A stretch of 56,976 nucleotides of DNA, from IMG/VR virus record IMGVR_UViG_3300042556_002360, positions 1 through 56,976 of that record. One strand, given 5' to 3'. The position numbers and the translations under genes were made by a program. Below, piece after piece: positions 40,319-50,218 of the stretch. Position 1 is the first letter of the stretch; every line of letters begins with the position of its first letter. The notes beneath the pieces are model-generated. The model was given only the letters and a program-made list of their open reading frames with translations. It made no database searches and was not told the origin of the DNA. The DNA is from a virus (taxonomy: Duplodnaviria; Caudoviricetes).

Positions 40319-41989
40319 GTGAAAGAGGTATTGTATAAAAATGAACATACTTGGTACGAAAGTATTAAATATAAAGATTGCAGTCCCATAGATTATTGTA
40401 CAAAAAGCATTAACCGAGATGTTGAGGATTTCGGGCTTATCGTGGATAAATTAACTCCAACCAAAAAATATCCATTATACTTATATGATAAAACAGAACG
40501 AACCAAAGAGGATTTTTCTGAAAACTTCTTTAATCCATTATATTCGTTAACGAGACAGTATTATTTGGTTGTTGTTGAAAAATATGATGACAAAGTTTCA
40601 ATTAAAACATTCAGAACAACCCAACACCGTAAAGTCGGGGTTAAATGGTATAAGACCTCTAAGAGAATGGATTATATAACAGTCAACACCAAAACAGGTG
40701 ATGTATACGTTGGGACTTTAACCAATTATCACTTAAAGAAAAAATGTAAAAAAACTGTTAGAAGGAATTACTTTATTAATAATCCGTTAAGTGGTATGTT
40801 GGCTTTGATTAAACATAATCTTAGTAGTGATAAAATTGGAATTGAAGCGTTAGAGGTGGCTTCAATTTTTATGAATGAAATTGACCAATTAATTAATTCT
40901 GATATGTCTTTAACTTATGGTGAAAAATTATTTAAATACTACCTCACTAAAAGAGGCGTAAAATTCCCTAATAATTTTTCAGTCTTTACTAATGAGTGGT
41001 TTGGTCCTGACATAAGGAAATGTCTTAAGAAGAAAGATAATAGAATGGTTGACGCAATAATGATGCATTACGACATTTCGGGTAAACAAGTTAAAAAGGC
41101 GTTACATAACTGTAAGAATTTCAATGTTGAACTATATAAAGCAGCACAAAAGATATTTGGTGATGATTGGATAACTCAGGAACCTGGTTTAATATTAGGT
41201 TGTTTTAATTTTGAATTGGGCACACCAGGACTACACCAAGAATTTTTAAATTATGTTTCAAATGAAGAATTAAAGAGAGTTTTTAAAGTTTTCAAAAAAG
41301 TGGTGTTAGATAAAATTTTGAATTTATATACATTCTATGACCACATCAGGATGTATACCGAATTAAAAATACTTGGTGAAACTAATTTAAAATGGATGTC
41401 CTCAAATGATGATGGACATAATTTTAGACAAGAACATTTGGATTGGACTGAGATGTTAGCACAATATCGTAATGGTGTTTATGAACGCACATATCCCGAC
41501 TATAGTTACAATTTAATAGAGAATCCAATACAATCGGGTAATGATACTTATTATCCCCTCCTATTGAAAAATAGTAATGAATATAATGAAGAAAGTAGCA
41601 CGCAATCTAATTGTGTTAAAGGTTATATTGACAGATGCGCTTCAATTATAGTATCTCTCCGTAAAGATGATAAATTGTCAGGAGAAAGAGCAACAATTGA
41701 ATACACAATAAGTAAACCATCAGATGAGATTATAATTAAAAGAGTTCAAAGTTTGGGGAGATTTAACAACAAATTATCCGAAGAATGGAATGATGTTCTA
41801 TTTAAATTGGACGAAGTAATGTTATCTTATGTTAAAGATGAAAAATTTGAAACGGTGAAGTTGGATAAAGTGTGTAAAAATGGACAAAATTTTCATTCTA
41901 ATTCTAAATGGGGTGACCGAGGACATCTTATTTGGGAAAATAATGAAGTAACTAAAAACATAGGTAGACAATTAATAGATTTATTTTAA
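40319..41989 (+). CDS. PcfJ-like domain protein
   Basis: C-terminal EESSTQSNCVKGY..RATIEY..VQSLGRFN; TATATTTG -7 element at 40307. Confidence 0.65.
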   Translation: MKEVLYKNEHTWYESIKYKDCSPIDYCTKSINRDVEDFGLIVDKLTPTKKYPLYLYDKTERTKEDFSENFFNPLYSLTRQYYLVVVEKYDDKVSIKTFRTTQHRKVGVKWYKTSKRMDYITVNTKTGDVYVGTLTNYHLKKKCKKTVRRNYFINNPLSGMLALIKHNLSSDKIGIEALEVASIFMNEIDQLINSDMSLTYGEKLFKYYLTKRGVKFPNNFSVFTNEWFGPDIRKCLKKKDNRMVDAIMMHYDISGKQVKKALHNCKNFNVELYKAAQKIFGDDWITQEPGLILGCFNFELGTPGLHQEFLNYVSNEELKRVFKVFKKVVLDKILNLYTFYDHIRMYTELKILGETNLKWMSSNDDGHNFRQEHLDWTEMLAQYRNGVYERTYPDYSYNLIENPIQSGNDTYYPLLLKNSNEYNEESSTQSNCVKGYIDRCASIIVSLRKDDKLSGERATIEYTISKPSDEIIIKRVQSLGRFNNKLSEEWNDVLFKLDEVMLSYVKDEKFETVKLDKVCKNGQNFHSNSKWGDRGHLIWENNEVTKNIGRQLIDLF

Positions 41990-41996
41990 AAAGTTT

Positions 41997-42320
41997 ATGG
42001 AAACTCCTTATTACATTGAAAACTATGAACAAAAGGAAGGAATCCTGTCAAGGAGTAAAGTTGTTATGCCAAAAGATTTTGACAACTACCTTAAAGACAA
42101 AAAGATGGAACTTGTCTATAGTGAATCCAGTACCGATTTTGACACAGGTAAAACAACTTTTAGTTCAAAAATTTATAAAACCAAACAAGAGTTTTATTTA
42201 TATTTATTATTTTGTGATACTAAAACAGATATAACTATTTATTATAAACAAAAACAACAAGATGAGTTAACCATCTTTATGGGACAACTAATTAAACAAT
42301 TTAAATTATCTAAAAAATAG
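41997..42320 (+). CDS. Hypothetical protein
   Basis: 107-aa ORF. Confidence 0.7.
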   Translation: METPYYIENYEQKEGILSRSKVVMPKDFDNYLKDKKMELVYSESSTDFDTGKTTFSSKIYKTKQEFYLYLLFCDTKTDITIYYKQKQQDELTIFMGQLIKQFKLSKK

Positions 42321-42360
42321 GAATATTACGCTACTTGGTGATATTTATTATAAAACACCT

Positions 42361-43026
42361 ATGAGCATAAAAAAAGGTAAGATTTATAAAATAACTAATA
42401 AAGAAAATGGTTTAATTTATATTGGATGTACAATTAATTCATTGGAGAAGAGGTTTTATGAACATTTATATAGGTGTTTTAAAACTGATTATAAATCCAA
42501 ACTATATAACTCTATTAAAAAATATGGTGTAGATAATTTCATAATAGAGTTAATTGAAGAATGTGATTTAAACGTAATTTATGAAACTGAAAAAAAATAC
42601 ATAAAAGAATTAGATAGTTATCATAATGGATTAAATTCTACATTTGGGGGTGAAGGATGTTTAGGGTATGTTCATTCTTCGGAAATGAAGATTAAAATAT
42701 CTGAAGCAATTAAAAATGGTAACTCTCATAAAGGTAAAACGTATGAAGAGTTATATACTGATAATGCGGAATATGAAAAAGAAAAACGAAGACTATCGGT
42801 TAAAAAAAGTTGGAACGAGATTAGTGATGATAAAAAAAATAAAAGAGTTATTAATATGCGAAATGCCGTTCGTAAAAACTCAAAATATAGTGAAGATTTA
42901 ATTAAAGAAATTAAAGAAAAATTAAAAAGTGGAATAAAAATTAAAGAACTTTCAAAAGATTACCCACAGATGAGTTATAACTATTTATATTCAATAAGGA
43001 ATGGAGATAGATGGGGTGATTTATAA
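42361..43026 (+). CDS. GIY-YIG homing endonuclease
   Basis: KIYKITN..IYIGCT..RFYEH..E..GLN. Confidence 0.85.
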   Translation: MSIKKGKIYKITNKENGLIYIGCTINSLEKRFYEHLYRCFKTDYKSKLYNSIKKYGVDNFIIELIEECDLNVIYETEKKYIKELDSYHNGLNSTFGGEGCLGYVHSSEMKIKISEAIKNGNSHKGKTYEELYTDNAEYEKEKRRLSVKKSWNEISDDKKNKRVINMRNAVRKNSKYSEDLIKEIKEKLKSGIKIKELSKDYPQMSYNYLYSIRNGDRWGDL

Positions 43027-43043
43027 AATAAAATAAAAAAAAT

Positions 43044-43367
43044 ATGGAAATTACAACAAAAGAATTAAAAGAAAAAATTAAAAATGGTAATAAAGTTATT
43101 ATTGATTTCTATGGTACATTTTGCGGACCTTGTAAGGTTATGAAACCTATGTTTGAAGAAGCAAGTCAAATAACTATAGAAAATGAGTTACCTGTGGAGT
43201 TATTTACGTTTAACATAGATAATGACAGAGAATATATTACCGAAATAGGGTTAAGAAGTGTTCCAACAATTAAAGGATTTTCCAATGGAAAAGAGATTTT
43301 TTCAGAAGTCGGACTTAAACAAACAAACACCATTTTAGACATGGTTAATAATTTAAACGAAATATGA
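43044..43367 (+). CDS. trxA: Thioredoxin
   Basis: DFYGTFCGPCK..SVPT. Confidence 0.9.
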   Translation: MEITTKELKEKIKNGNKVIIDFYGTFCGPCKVMKPMFEEASQITIENELPVELFTFNIDNDREYITEIGLRSVPTIKGFSNGKEIFSEVGLKQTNTILDMVNNLNEI

Positions 43368-43663
43368 AAGACTTAAACGTGGTTGTTTACACTATGAAAG
43401 GTTGTCCTTTCTGTACCGATTTTAAAGAGATGTTAGTTAACGAAGGTATTGAATTCTTTGATAGAGATATTGATGAATATAAAAGTGAATATGATTTGTT
43501 TGTTGAAATTACAGACAATGATATGATACCAGCATTATTAATTATTGAAGGTGATGGTGAAAACCACGAATCATTTTTATATGCACCTGAAAGAAATTAT
43601 AATGAGTTGACAGAGGCTCTTGATATCATTCAGAAACACAGAAAAAATGTTGGTGTGATTTAA
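43364..43663 (+). CDS. Glutaredoxin-like protein
   Basis: YTMKGCPFC..IP. Confidence 0.85.
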   Translation: MKDLNVVVYTMKGCPFCTDFKEMLVNEGIEFFDRDIDEYKSEYDLFVEITDNDMIPALLIIEGDGENHESFLYAPERNYNELTEALDIIQKHRKNVGVI

Positions 43664-44415
43664 AAAATCACAAAATCATTGATTTTCCTTTTAAGGAAAT
43701 CATAATCCTCAAGTGGGTTGGTTATTTCTACAGACCAATCCACTTTTTTTATTTCCGTTTCTAACCAACTCATATCAAAGTCAAAGACATCCAAAATCGC
43801 CGAGGTCAATACCTTTTCGGTTTGTAAGTTCTTTTTAACGGAAAAAATCTGCTCACCTGATGCATCTTTTTCGGTTGACAATTCAAACACCAAGGTGGTT
43901 AGGGGATATGTTGTCGGAATGTTATAGAAAATATGTTTACCATAATAATATAATAATCTTCCTTGATTCAAGGAGTACCCGTGAGGGAACTCCGAGTATA
44001 AAAATAAGGTACTATCTTCGGTTATTGGTTTTACGTGAAAATCATAATCATATGATTTTGTGTTATCCTCCTCAAATGAAATGATTTGATTATTCAAATA
44101 GGAACAATTCTGACTTTTATGGTAAGGGAAGGTCAATGTATTGGTCGGGAACAGTTTTGAATCGTATTCAATTAAATCAATCGTATGTGTTATTTTGGTC
44201 TCACCAATTAACTCTTCAAATTTACTTGTGAATTCATCTCTAAGTTCTCCAATGTTTAAGGGTTCATTATATGTTGTTTTCCCTTTAATGACGTAGAAAT
44301 TAAAACAATCAACAACTTGAATTATGGTTTCTTCTTCTTTAGGTAATTTATTTAAAATGAAGTCGGCAAATAAATTTACAAGTGCCAATCTACTAACAGG
44401 TGATTTTAATATCAT
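43660..44415 (-). CDS. Hypothetical protein, weak resemblance to a degenerate MetK fold
   Basis: 251-aa ORF; see findings. Confidence 0.6.
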   Translation of the reverse strand: MILKSPVSRLALVNLFADFILNKLPKEEETIIQVVDCFNFYVIKGKTTYNEPLNIGELRDEFTSKFEELIGETKITHTIDLIEYDSKLFPTNTLTFPYHKSQNCSYLNNQIISFEEDNTKSYDYDFHVKPITEDSTLFLYSEFPHGYSLNQGRLLYYYGKHIFYNIPTTYPLTTLVFELSTEKDASGEQIFSVKKNLQTEKVLTSAILDVFDFDMSWLETEIKKVDWSVEITNPLEDYDFLKRKINDFVIF

Positions 44416-44454
44416 TGTGTGGTTCTTAATACTTTAGTTTGACCAATTATAATA

Positions 44455-44482
44455 AAAAAAAGGGGTTAATTAAACCCCTTTA
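44455..44482 (-). terminator. Intrinsic terminator (minus strand)
   Basis: AGGGGTT..AACCCCT with an A run on the + strand side. Confidence 0.6.
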
Positions 44483-45312
44483 TTTATAATATTTCTAATT
44501 TCTTCTGTCGTGTCGTATAACATTTTAAGGAATCTTGGCCACATCTCTGGGTTGTATTTCTTAATGGTATTAATGTAAGTTAAAAAATATGGTTCCGATT
44601 TTTTATTGAATTCACTTGTTTCGGGATAGTTGGTTGGAATATCTGCAAGTAATTTAGAAATCCTATCATCATTTAAGTTTTCGTCATTTAATCTCTTAAA
44701 CACATCTAAAGATAATCTAGATAATGGTTCATGCTTTGCAAAATGATTTAAAATATTATTCAGAGAAGACAATAGAAGTTGTCTATTTTCAAAACTTGTA
44801 ATTCTATTATTTCTCCTTTTATATTCATTGACCAATGATTGTAAGAACTCATTTGTTACTGCTCTAAACTCAATCGGATGACCCCAATAACTCTCTTCAA
44901 CCTCAGGGTCAAAATCTTCAAAGTATTTCTCATTAAACTTGGTTGTGAATTGAGGGTCAGTTGCGTGCATCAATTCGTGATACAAAGTTAGGAACAAATT
45001 CTTTTTGGAACCAAATAACTTAGGGTTAAGTTGCATTACAAATTTCTGAGGATTTCTTGTTGACCTTGGTTTTAAATCCATTTGACCGTAGTTCTTATAT
45101 TTTGGATTTAAAAACACCTTAACTTTTCCATCACTACCATCTGCTGTTTTGAATTCCATTTGGTCTACCTCAACCTTTTTCGGAAAATTTTTACTACGTA
45201 ATGCCCATAATCTATTTGTTAACTCCTGTAGTCTGGTGTAATCTTCAGGAGATAGTTTATATCTTTTTTGTTCGGATATAACGTTAGATAATATGTTCAA
45301 AAATTTAATCAT
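44470..45312 (-). CDS. Putative zincin-like metallopeptidase
   Basis: LYHELMHATD (HExxH) plus downstream PIEFRA. Confidence 0.6.
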   Translation of the reverse strand: MIKFLNILSNVISEQKRYKLSPEDYTRLQELTNRLWALRSKNFPKKVEVDQMEFKTADGSDGKVKVFLNPKYKNYGQMDLKPRSTRNPQKFVMQLNPKLFGSKKNLFLTLYHELMHATDPQFTTKFNEKYFEDFDPEVEESYWGHPIEFRAVTNEFLQSLVNEYKRRNNRITSFENRQLLLSSLNNILNHFAKHEPLSRLSLDVFKRLNDENLNDDRISKLLADIPTNYPETSEFNKKSEPYFLTYINTIKKYNPEMWPRFLKMLYDTTEEIRNIINKGV

Positions 45313-45318
45313 ATAGAA

Positions 45319-46314
45319 TTAAAGGTAGTCACCAAAATATTCATTAATGTTTTTATCAACTTCTCTTGAGTCAGGGTAATCTGGAACTCTAAATGATAAA
45401 CAACTAACACTATCCTTTAACATTGATAAATAAGAACCCCAATATTCTAAAGTCCCATTCATATAACCCTTGTTATGGTGTAAGAAATCTAAAATGTGAG
45501 TTTCAAAATCTTTAATTGGTATTACGTATCTTTGGACTTCCACTCCTTGTCTATATGAGTGAGGTCTTGATAACCATTGACCTTTACCAATAAAGTAATC
45601 ATTAATTTCACCCCATATATCTCCATACAATTCACTTTCATACGCCCAGCTATAAGCATTTCCATATATGTTGTATAAATCACTTTTCAAATCATCCAAA
45701 TCGTGTGTCAGTATGTATCTCATAGTTTCTTCATCATCCACTATTTCATCAATATTGGATTGGTCAACCACAACATATTCAGGATGACCCTGTCTTTCTG
45801 CAATAGATTCAAGTAATTCGGTATAAAGTTCAATTTGTTTACCTTCTAATTCTTTTACAATATAATCCTTCAGATATCTTAAGTTTTCTTTTGTTAATTC
45901 TTCAATTACGTCGCGATAAATATTATCGGTTAAGTCATATGATGACCAATAATCCACTTCATATTCGCCATCCAATATTTCCTCAATAGTTTTTCTTGAT
46001 ATATCTCTGTCGTCACAAAATAATTGTGCAAATTCACCAAGAGAATCAATTACCAAATATGCAACACCAACTACCATTTCAACATCACCCAAAAACTTTA
46101 AAACATATTTCCAAAACTTTTCTTTATCATTTTCATGATAAAATAATAATAACTCATTTTGGTAATTTTCGGCACGTCTACCCTCTGGGTCTAATTCATT
46201 TAATAAACCTCTTCTATCAAGAAACTTAAAAAAGACAACAACATCGTTACTGAAGTGTATAAGAAAATCGTCATCACCTTCATTAAACGAGTCTATTAAA
46301 TCTTGAACATCCAT
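45319..46314 (-). CDS. Acidic hypothetical protein
   Basis: Long ORF; start at ATG 46314 just after TATTTAT. Confidence 0.75.
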   Translation of the reverse strand: MDVQDLIDSFNEGDDDFLIHFSNDVVVFFKFLDRRGLLNELDPEGRRAENYQNELLLFYHENDKEKFWKYVLKFLGDVEMVVGVAYLVIDSLGEFAQLFCDDRDISRKTIEEILDGEYEVDYWSSYDLTDNIYRDVIEELTKENLRYLKDYIVKELEGKQIELYTELLESIAERQGHPEYVVVDQSNIDEIVDDEETMRYILTHDLDDLKSDLYNIYGNAYSWAYESELYGDIWGEINDYFIGKGQWLSRPHSYRQGVEVQRYVIPIKDFETHILDFLHHNKGYMNGTLEYWGSYLSMLKDSVSCLSFRVPDYPDSREVDKNINEYFGDYL

Positions 46315-46327
46315 AACATATAAATAC

Positions 46328-46356
46328 AAAAAAAGGGGTAAATTTCTTACCCCTTT
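46328..46356 (-). terminator. Intrinsic terminator (minus strand)
   Basis: AAGGGGTAA..TTACCCCTT with an A run. Confidence 0.65.
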
Positions 46357-46381
46357 AATAATTTTCTTTAAAGTACAACGA

Positions 46382-46546
46382 TTAGATAGTTGTTTTGTTC
46401 ACACTATAATACTTTTCAATAGTTTTTTTGATGGCACTTTTAACACTCTCAGTTGTTTGAGCTTGTTGAGATTGTGCTTGTTGAACTTGTTGAACAGTAG
46501 GTTGTTGTGATTCATTTCCTTTGTTTTTACAGCCGCATCCTGACAT
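46382..46546 (-). CDS. Small GCGCK-motif protein (54 aa; not in ORF track)
   Basis: Hand translation MSGCGCKNKGNESQQPTVQQ...KTIEKYYSVNKTTI. Confidence 0.65.
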   Translation of the reverse strand: MSGCGCKNKGNESQQPTVQQVQQAQSQQAQTTESVKSAIKKTIEKYYSVNKTTI

Positions 46547-46561
46547 AGTTTTTATTTTTAA

Positions 46562-47149
46562 TTAGTTTATTAGTTTAAATTCGTGTTTATAGCAAGTTTT
46601 TCTTATGGTACCCTTGTAACCATTATTTACTTTTTTACCTCTTAATGATAATGATAATTTTTGCCTAACGTTTCTTGGGTTTCCATTTGAATACCCATTT
46701 TCAATTAAGTAATTTGCACCATCAACTAAAGTGTTAAAAATGAATTCTTCACCAGTTTCAATATTAATCAACATAAAATTATTAATATTTCCATTTTTGG
46801 TTAAATTGTATTTGGATAGTTTGGTTTTAACTACATCATTGAATGTGTTTCTTCTGAATTCGTTAACGATTGCTAAATTATATCCCTTGTCTAACTTATT
46901 TGATTCATATTTTAAGATTAATTCATTCTCTTTATTAATTAACTCATTTATCTCACAGTATTCAATAACCTCAAATATAAAATTATCTTTACCGTATTTG
47001 TTATATGATTTTTGTAAATATTGGTTATCGTGTATTCCTTTATCTAACATCCAAAAATGTTTATATTCTCTACTGATAATATTTACACTACTACCAATAT
47101 AAAGTTTATTATTCTTAGTGTTAGTTATTTTATAGATACCACAATTCAT
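46562..47149 (-). CDS. GIY-YIG homing endonuclease
   Basis: GIYKITN..LYIGSS..REYKH..E..GYN. Confidence 0.85.
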   Translation of the reverse strand: MNCGIYKITNTKNNKLYIGSSVNIISREYKHFWMLDKGIHDNQYLQKSYNKYGKDNFIFEVIEYCEINELINKENELILKYESNKLDKGYNLAIVNEFRRNTFNDVVKTKLSKYNLTKNGNINNFMLINIETGEEFIFNTLVDGANYLIENGYSNGNPRNVRQKLSLSLRGKKVNNGYKGTIRKTCYKHEFKLIN

Positions 47150-47227
47150 TTTAAATTATATGTTAATAATAAATATTATCTTTGTGGAAATATAGGGTTA
47201 AAAGTATATTTATCAAATAAAAATAGA

Positions 47228-48985
47228 ATGGATTTTTTAAAATTGATACAAGAAGGTAGAATTGATGACTTCAAATCAAAATACTCACAGAAATTTGGTA
47301 AGGACAATGCCGATAAGATAACTAAATTAGTTCCGCTAAAATATTTGGAATGGGCTGGTAAGAATTTAGATGTAATAAACTTTGAAGATAACCTATCAAA
47401 ATTGTTGGAAGCATTAACAGCCTTTGATAAGGTATCAACCAATTTACCTATCACAGATTTAAATCAATATAAGAATGTTGGACAATTATTTAGTGCATTA
47501 GCTGAATACAAGAACCGACAAAGAAGAGAAGTTAAAAAGGTTGAAGGTGGTAATGTTGTTTATGAAGACGATAGGTTTTTTGTTGTTAATCCATTAACTC
47601 ACGAATCATCTTGTTATTATGGTAGGGGAACCAAGTGGTGTAGTGCGGCGGAAAGTGATACACACTTTAAAAGATATAATGAGGATGGTAAATTGTTTTA
47701 CATTTTGGATAAAACCCTCCCAACGAACGACCCATTTTATAAAGTGGCGTTACTTAAAAAATTTGATGGTGATAAAACATATTATGATGCCAAAGACGAT
47801 AGTTTTAATTCTGGTTGGATTATTAATACTAATAAATTAAAAACTATCTTGGATTCAATTGATGATTACCTTAACTCAGAATATGCCGAGCAAATTAAAA
47901 TTTTCTCTGATAAAGAATCGGCTAAGAAAGAAAAAGAAAGACTTGAAAGATTAAGGATTCAAAGAATTCTGTCGGATAGAAGAGATGAAGCGCAGGAAAG
48001 AAGATTAGAAGGTGAATGGGAGTTAGGTCCCGATTGTCCTGAAGAAGGTTTAAAAGCTCACGCTTTACTTGATTGGTTGTTTGATACCAGTGATATTGAG
48101 GTTATTACAAATCAAGACAGAGCTGAGATTACAAGAATTGAGAATGAAATAGAAAGGTTGCAAACCGAGTATGATAATGATGAGGAGGTCAGACAAGACC
48201 TATTGGATGAGATTAGTGATTTGGAAGATGAACTGTCGGAATTACAAGATAAGATTGATGTTTATAACATTATACCAACAGGTACATATTATGATACCAC
48301 AGAGTTTGAGGTGATTGACAGTCCTGAGCTTGAAGGTAGAAGATATGCAGTCGGAACCGAAGATGAAATGGAAACAAGTGCTTACGAATATGTTGAACAA
48401 TTAATTGATGATATAGGATATGAAGGATTCAGTGAATCTTTTGCTAAAGATTATATTGATGAAAGAGCGGTTATTGAAGTTGCTGAGGAAATATTTGAAC
48501 AAGATGTTAGAGAATCTCCTGAATCATATTTTGATGAAGATGACAGAATGTTATCTGATGACCAAGAAGAACAAATAAGTCAGTTAAGATATAGAATTTC
48601 TCAAGATGAAACATTGATTGAAAACTTTGAAAGTGAAATGGATGGTGAGAATGATGATGACTTACAGGAAAGAATTGATGAATTGAGAGAACGAATTGAT
48701 GAGATGAATGATGAAATAAGTGACATTGAGTCATCACCTGAAGGTGACTTTCCTGAGGACTTAATTGAACAAGCTATTGAAAATAGACTTTATGATGTTA
48801 AAAATAATGTTAGAGGGTTTATGGAGGACTTTGGATTGGAATGGTCAAACTATGTTGATAAAGATGACTTTATTAAAGGGGTTATTGATGTGGATGGATA
48901 TGGTCCTACTTTAAATGGTTATGATGGACTTGCGGATGATGTTAGAATTCTTGATGAGTTGTATTATGTTATGAGATTAGATTGA
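47228..48985 (+). CDS. Phage protein with 'WCS' conserved-Cys domain and a long acidic coiled-coil region
   Basis: KYLEW, SSCYYGRGTKWCSA; start at ATG 47228 after TATTTAT. Confidence 0.75.
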   Translation: MDFLKLIQEGRIDDFKSKYSQKFGKDNADKITKLVPLKYLEWAGKNLDVINFEDNLSKLLEALTAFDKVSTNLPITDLNQYKNVGQLFSALAEYKNRQRREVKKVEGGNVVYEDDRFFVVNPLTHESSCYYGRGTKWCSAAESDTHFKRYNEDGKLFYILDKTLPTNDPFYKVALLKKFDGDKTYYDAKDDSFNSGWIINTNKLKTILDSIDDYLNSEYAEQIKIFSDKESAKKEKERLERLRIQRILSDRRDEAQERRLEGEWELGPDCPEEGLKAHALLDWLFDTSDIEVITNQDRAEITRIENEIERLQTEYDNDEEVRQDLLDEISDLEDELSELQDKIDVYNIIPTGTYYDTTEFEVIDSPELEGRRYAVGTEDEMETSAYEYVEQLIDDIGYEGFSESFAKDYIDERAVIEVAEEIFEQDVRESPESYFDEDDRMLSDDQEEQISQLRYRISQDETLIENFESEMDGENDDDLQERIDELRERIDEMNDEISDIESSPEGDFPEDLIEQAIENRLYDVKNNVRGFMEDFGLEWSNYVDKDDFIKGVIDVDGYGPTLNGYDGLADDVRILDELYYVMRLD

Positions 48986-49015
48986 TTACAATTAAATTTT
49001 AGTTATTATTTCCGT

Positions 49016-49795
49016 ATGGGTAGAAAAAAGAAAATAGTATTCAAATTAAGCCCCGAATGGATGTTAAAAGAACCATTGGACTTTGAATATAACAAATACA
49101 CTTTGTTGGACTACATACAGAAGTGCGAAAAAAATCTCGATAATTTTGAAATATATCCTGACTTCGTTGAGTTATCATTACACTTGGCGAACATGCAATC
49201 CTTGTATAAGGAGAACACATTACTTTTAACGAATAAGAAGTTCGAATCTTGCGATGACGAGATTATGATAAAGGATTTGTATCCAAAAAAACCTCGTGAA
49301 ATGTCTAAAGACGAGGAAGAAGAGCTCCAAAAAACATTGAAGTTTTCAAATACCAAACTATTCGACACCTTTAACTTTGCAAAATCAATATGGGATATTG
49401 CATTTAATAGTGTGGAGCTCTCAATCAAAAAAAATAAAGGGGCGATAATATCTGGAATGGGATATGTTTTCTATTATAGAAAATCGGAGAATAAAGTTTA
49501 TGTGTGGGAATACCAGATAAAGAAAAACAGGAAAAATCCCACAACCAACAAAACACAAATTAATAAAATATTTGAAGATGCTCCTGATGACGTAACATTA
49601 ACATCAATCATAGAAAACAATTCATCCTTTAAGAAACACGACTATTATAAGGGTTTACCAATATTTGAAATGAATTGCACCCAAGACCTTCCAATGGAAC
49701 AAACCACTATTCCAATAATGAAAAGGAAGATTACTTCATATATTTTTCAAACAATTAACTTGGTAAAGACAAAAAATTTTGATTCTAATTTATAA
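49016..49795 (+). CDS. Hypothetical protein
   Basis: 259-aa ORF. Confidence 0.75.
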   Translation: MGRKKKIVFKLSPEWMLKEPLDFEYNKYTLLDYIQKCEKNLDNFEIYPDFVELSLHLANMQSLYKENTLLLTNKKFESCDDEIMIKDLYPKKPREMSKDEEEELQKTLKFSNTKLFDTFNFAKSIWDIAFNSVELSIKKNKGAIISGMGYVFYYRKSENKVYVWEYQIKKNRKNPTTNKTQINKIFEDAPDDVTLTSIIENNSSFKKHDYYKGLPIFEMNCTQDLPMEQTTIPIMKRKITSYIFQTINLVKTKNFDSNL

Positions 49796-49809
49796 TTTGA
49801 TTATCTTTG
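49778..49809 (+). promoter_or_regulatory. Bacteroidota-type sigmaA promoter
   Basis: TTTG at 49778, TATCTTTG at 49802. Confidence 0.6.
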
Positions 49810-49815
49810 CCTCAA

Positions 49816-50016
49816 ATGAGTTTCAACAAAAGATATATAAACTACTCTAACACTTTATCGGCACTACAATCCGATACCCTCAGTAGTTATTATGGCAAGG
49901 CAGACGCTTTCATCTTTCAAGATACAAAAAGTGTTGAAGTGTATGAGTTATACACCAAAGGTAAAACACCTAAGGAGATTTTAAACATATTAGAAAATCA
50001 AAAAATTGAAGAATAA
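49816..50016 (+). CDS. Hypothetical protein
   Basis: ORF from ATG 49816. Confidence 0.6.
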   Translation: MSFNKRYINYSNTLSALQSDTLSSYYGKADAFIFQDTKSVEVYELYTKGKTPKEILNILENQKIEE

Positions 50017-50021
50017 ATATT

Positions 50022-50216
50022 ATGGACAGTAAGACCAATAAAACACTATTAGGTAAACTCAGACAACCTATTCACATTGATTACATCTCTTCATATATCC
50101 TTCGTGATACAATGGAAAACACATTAAAAGTAATTAATACTCTTGTTGAAGAGGGAGTTGTTGAAGAATCAAAATACGCAAAAAATTATTACGTAGTTAA
50201 AACCCCCCAAAAATAA
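50022..50216 (+). CDS. Small hypothetical protein, possibly winged-helix
   Basis: INTLVEEGVVEE..NYYVV pattern. Confidence 0.6.
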   Translation: MDSKTNKTLLGKLRQPIHIDYISSYILRDTMENTLKVINTLVEEGVVEESKYAKNYYVVKTPQK

Positions 50217-50218
50217 AT

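Noticed and set aside
42361-47149. GIY-YIG genes as intron-encoded ORFs
   Set aside because: Flanking genes appear intact and each nuclease has its own upstream motif, so they look free-standing
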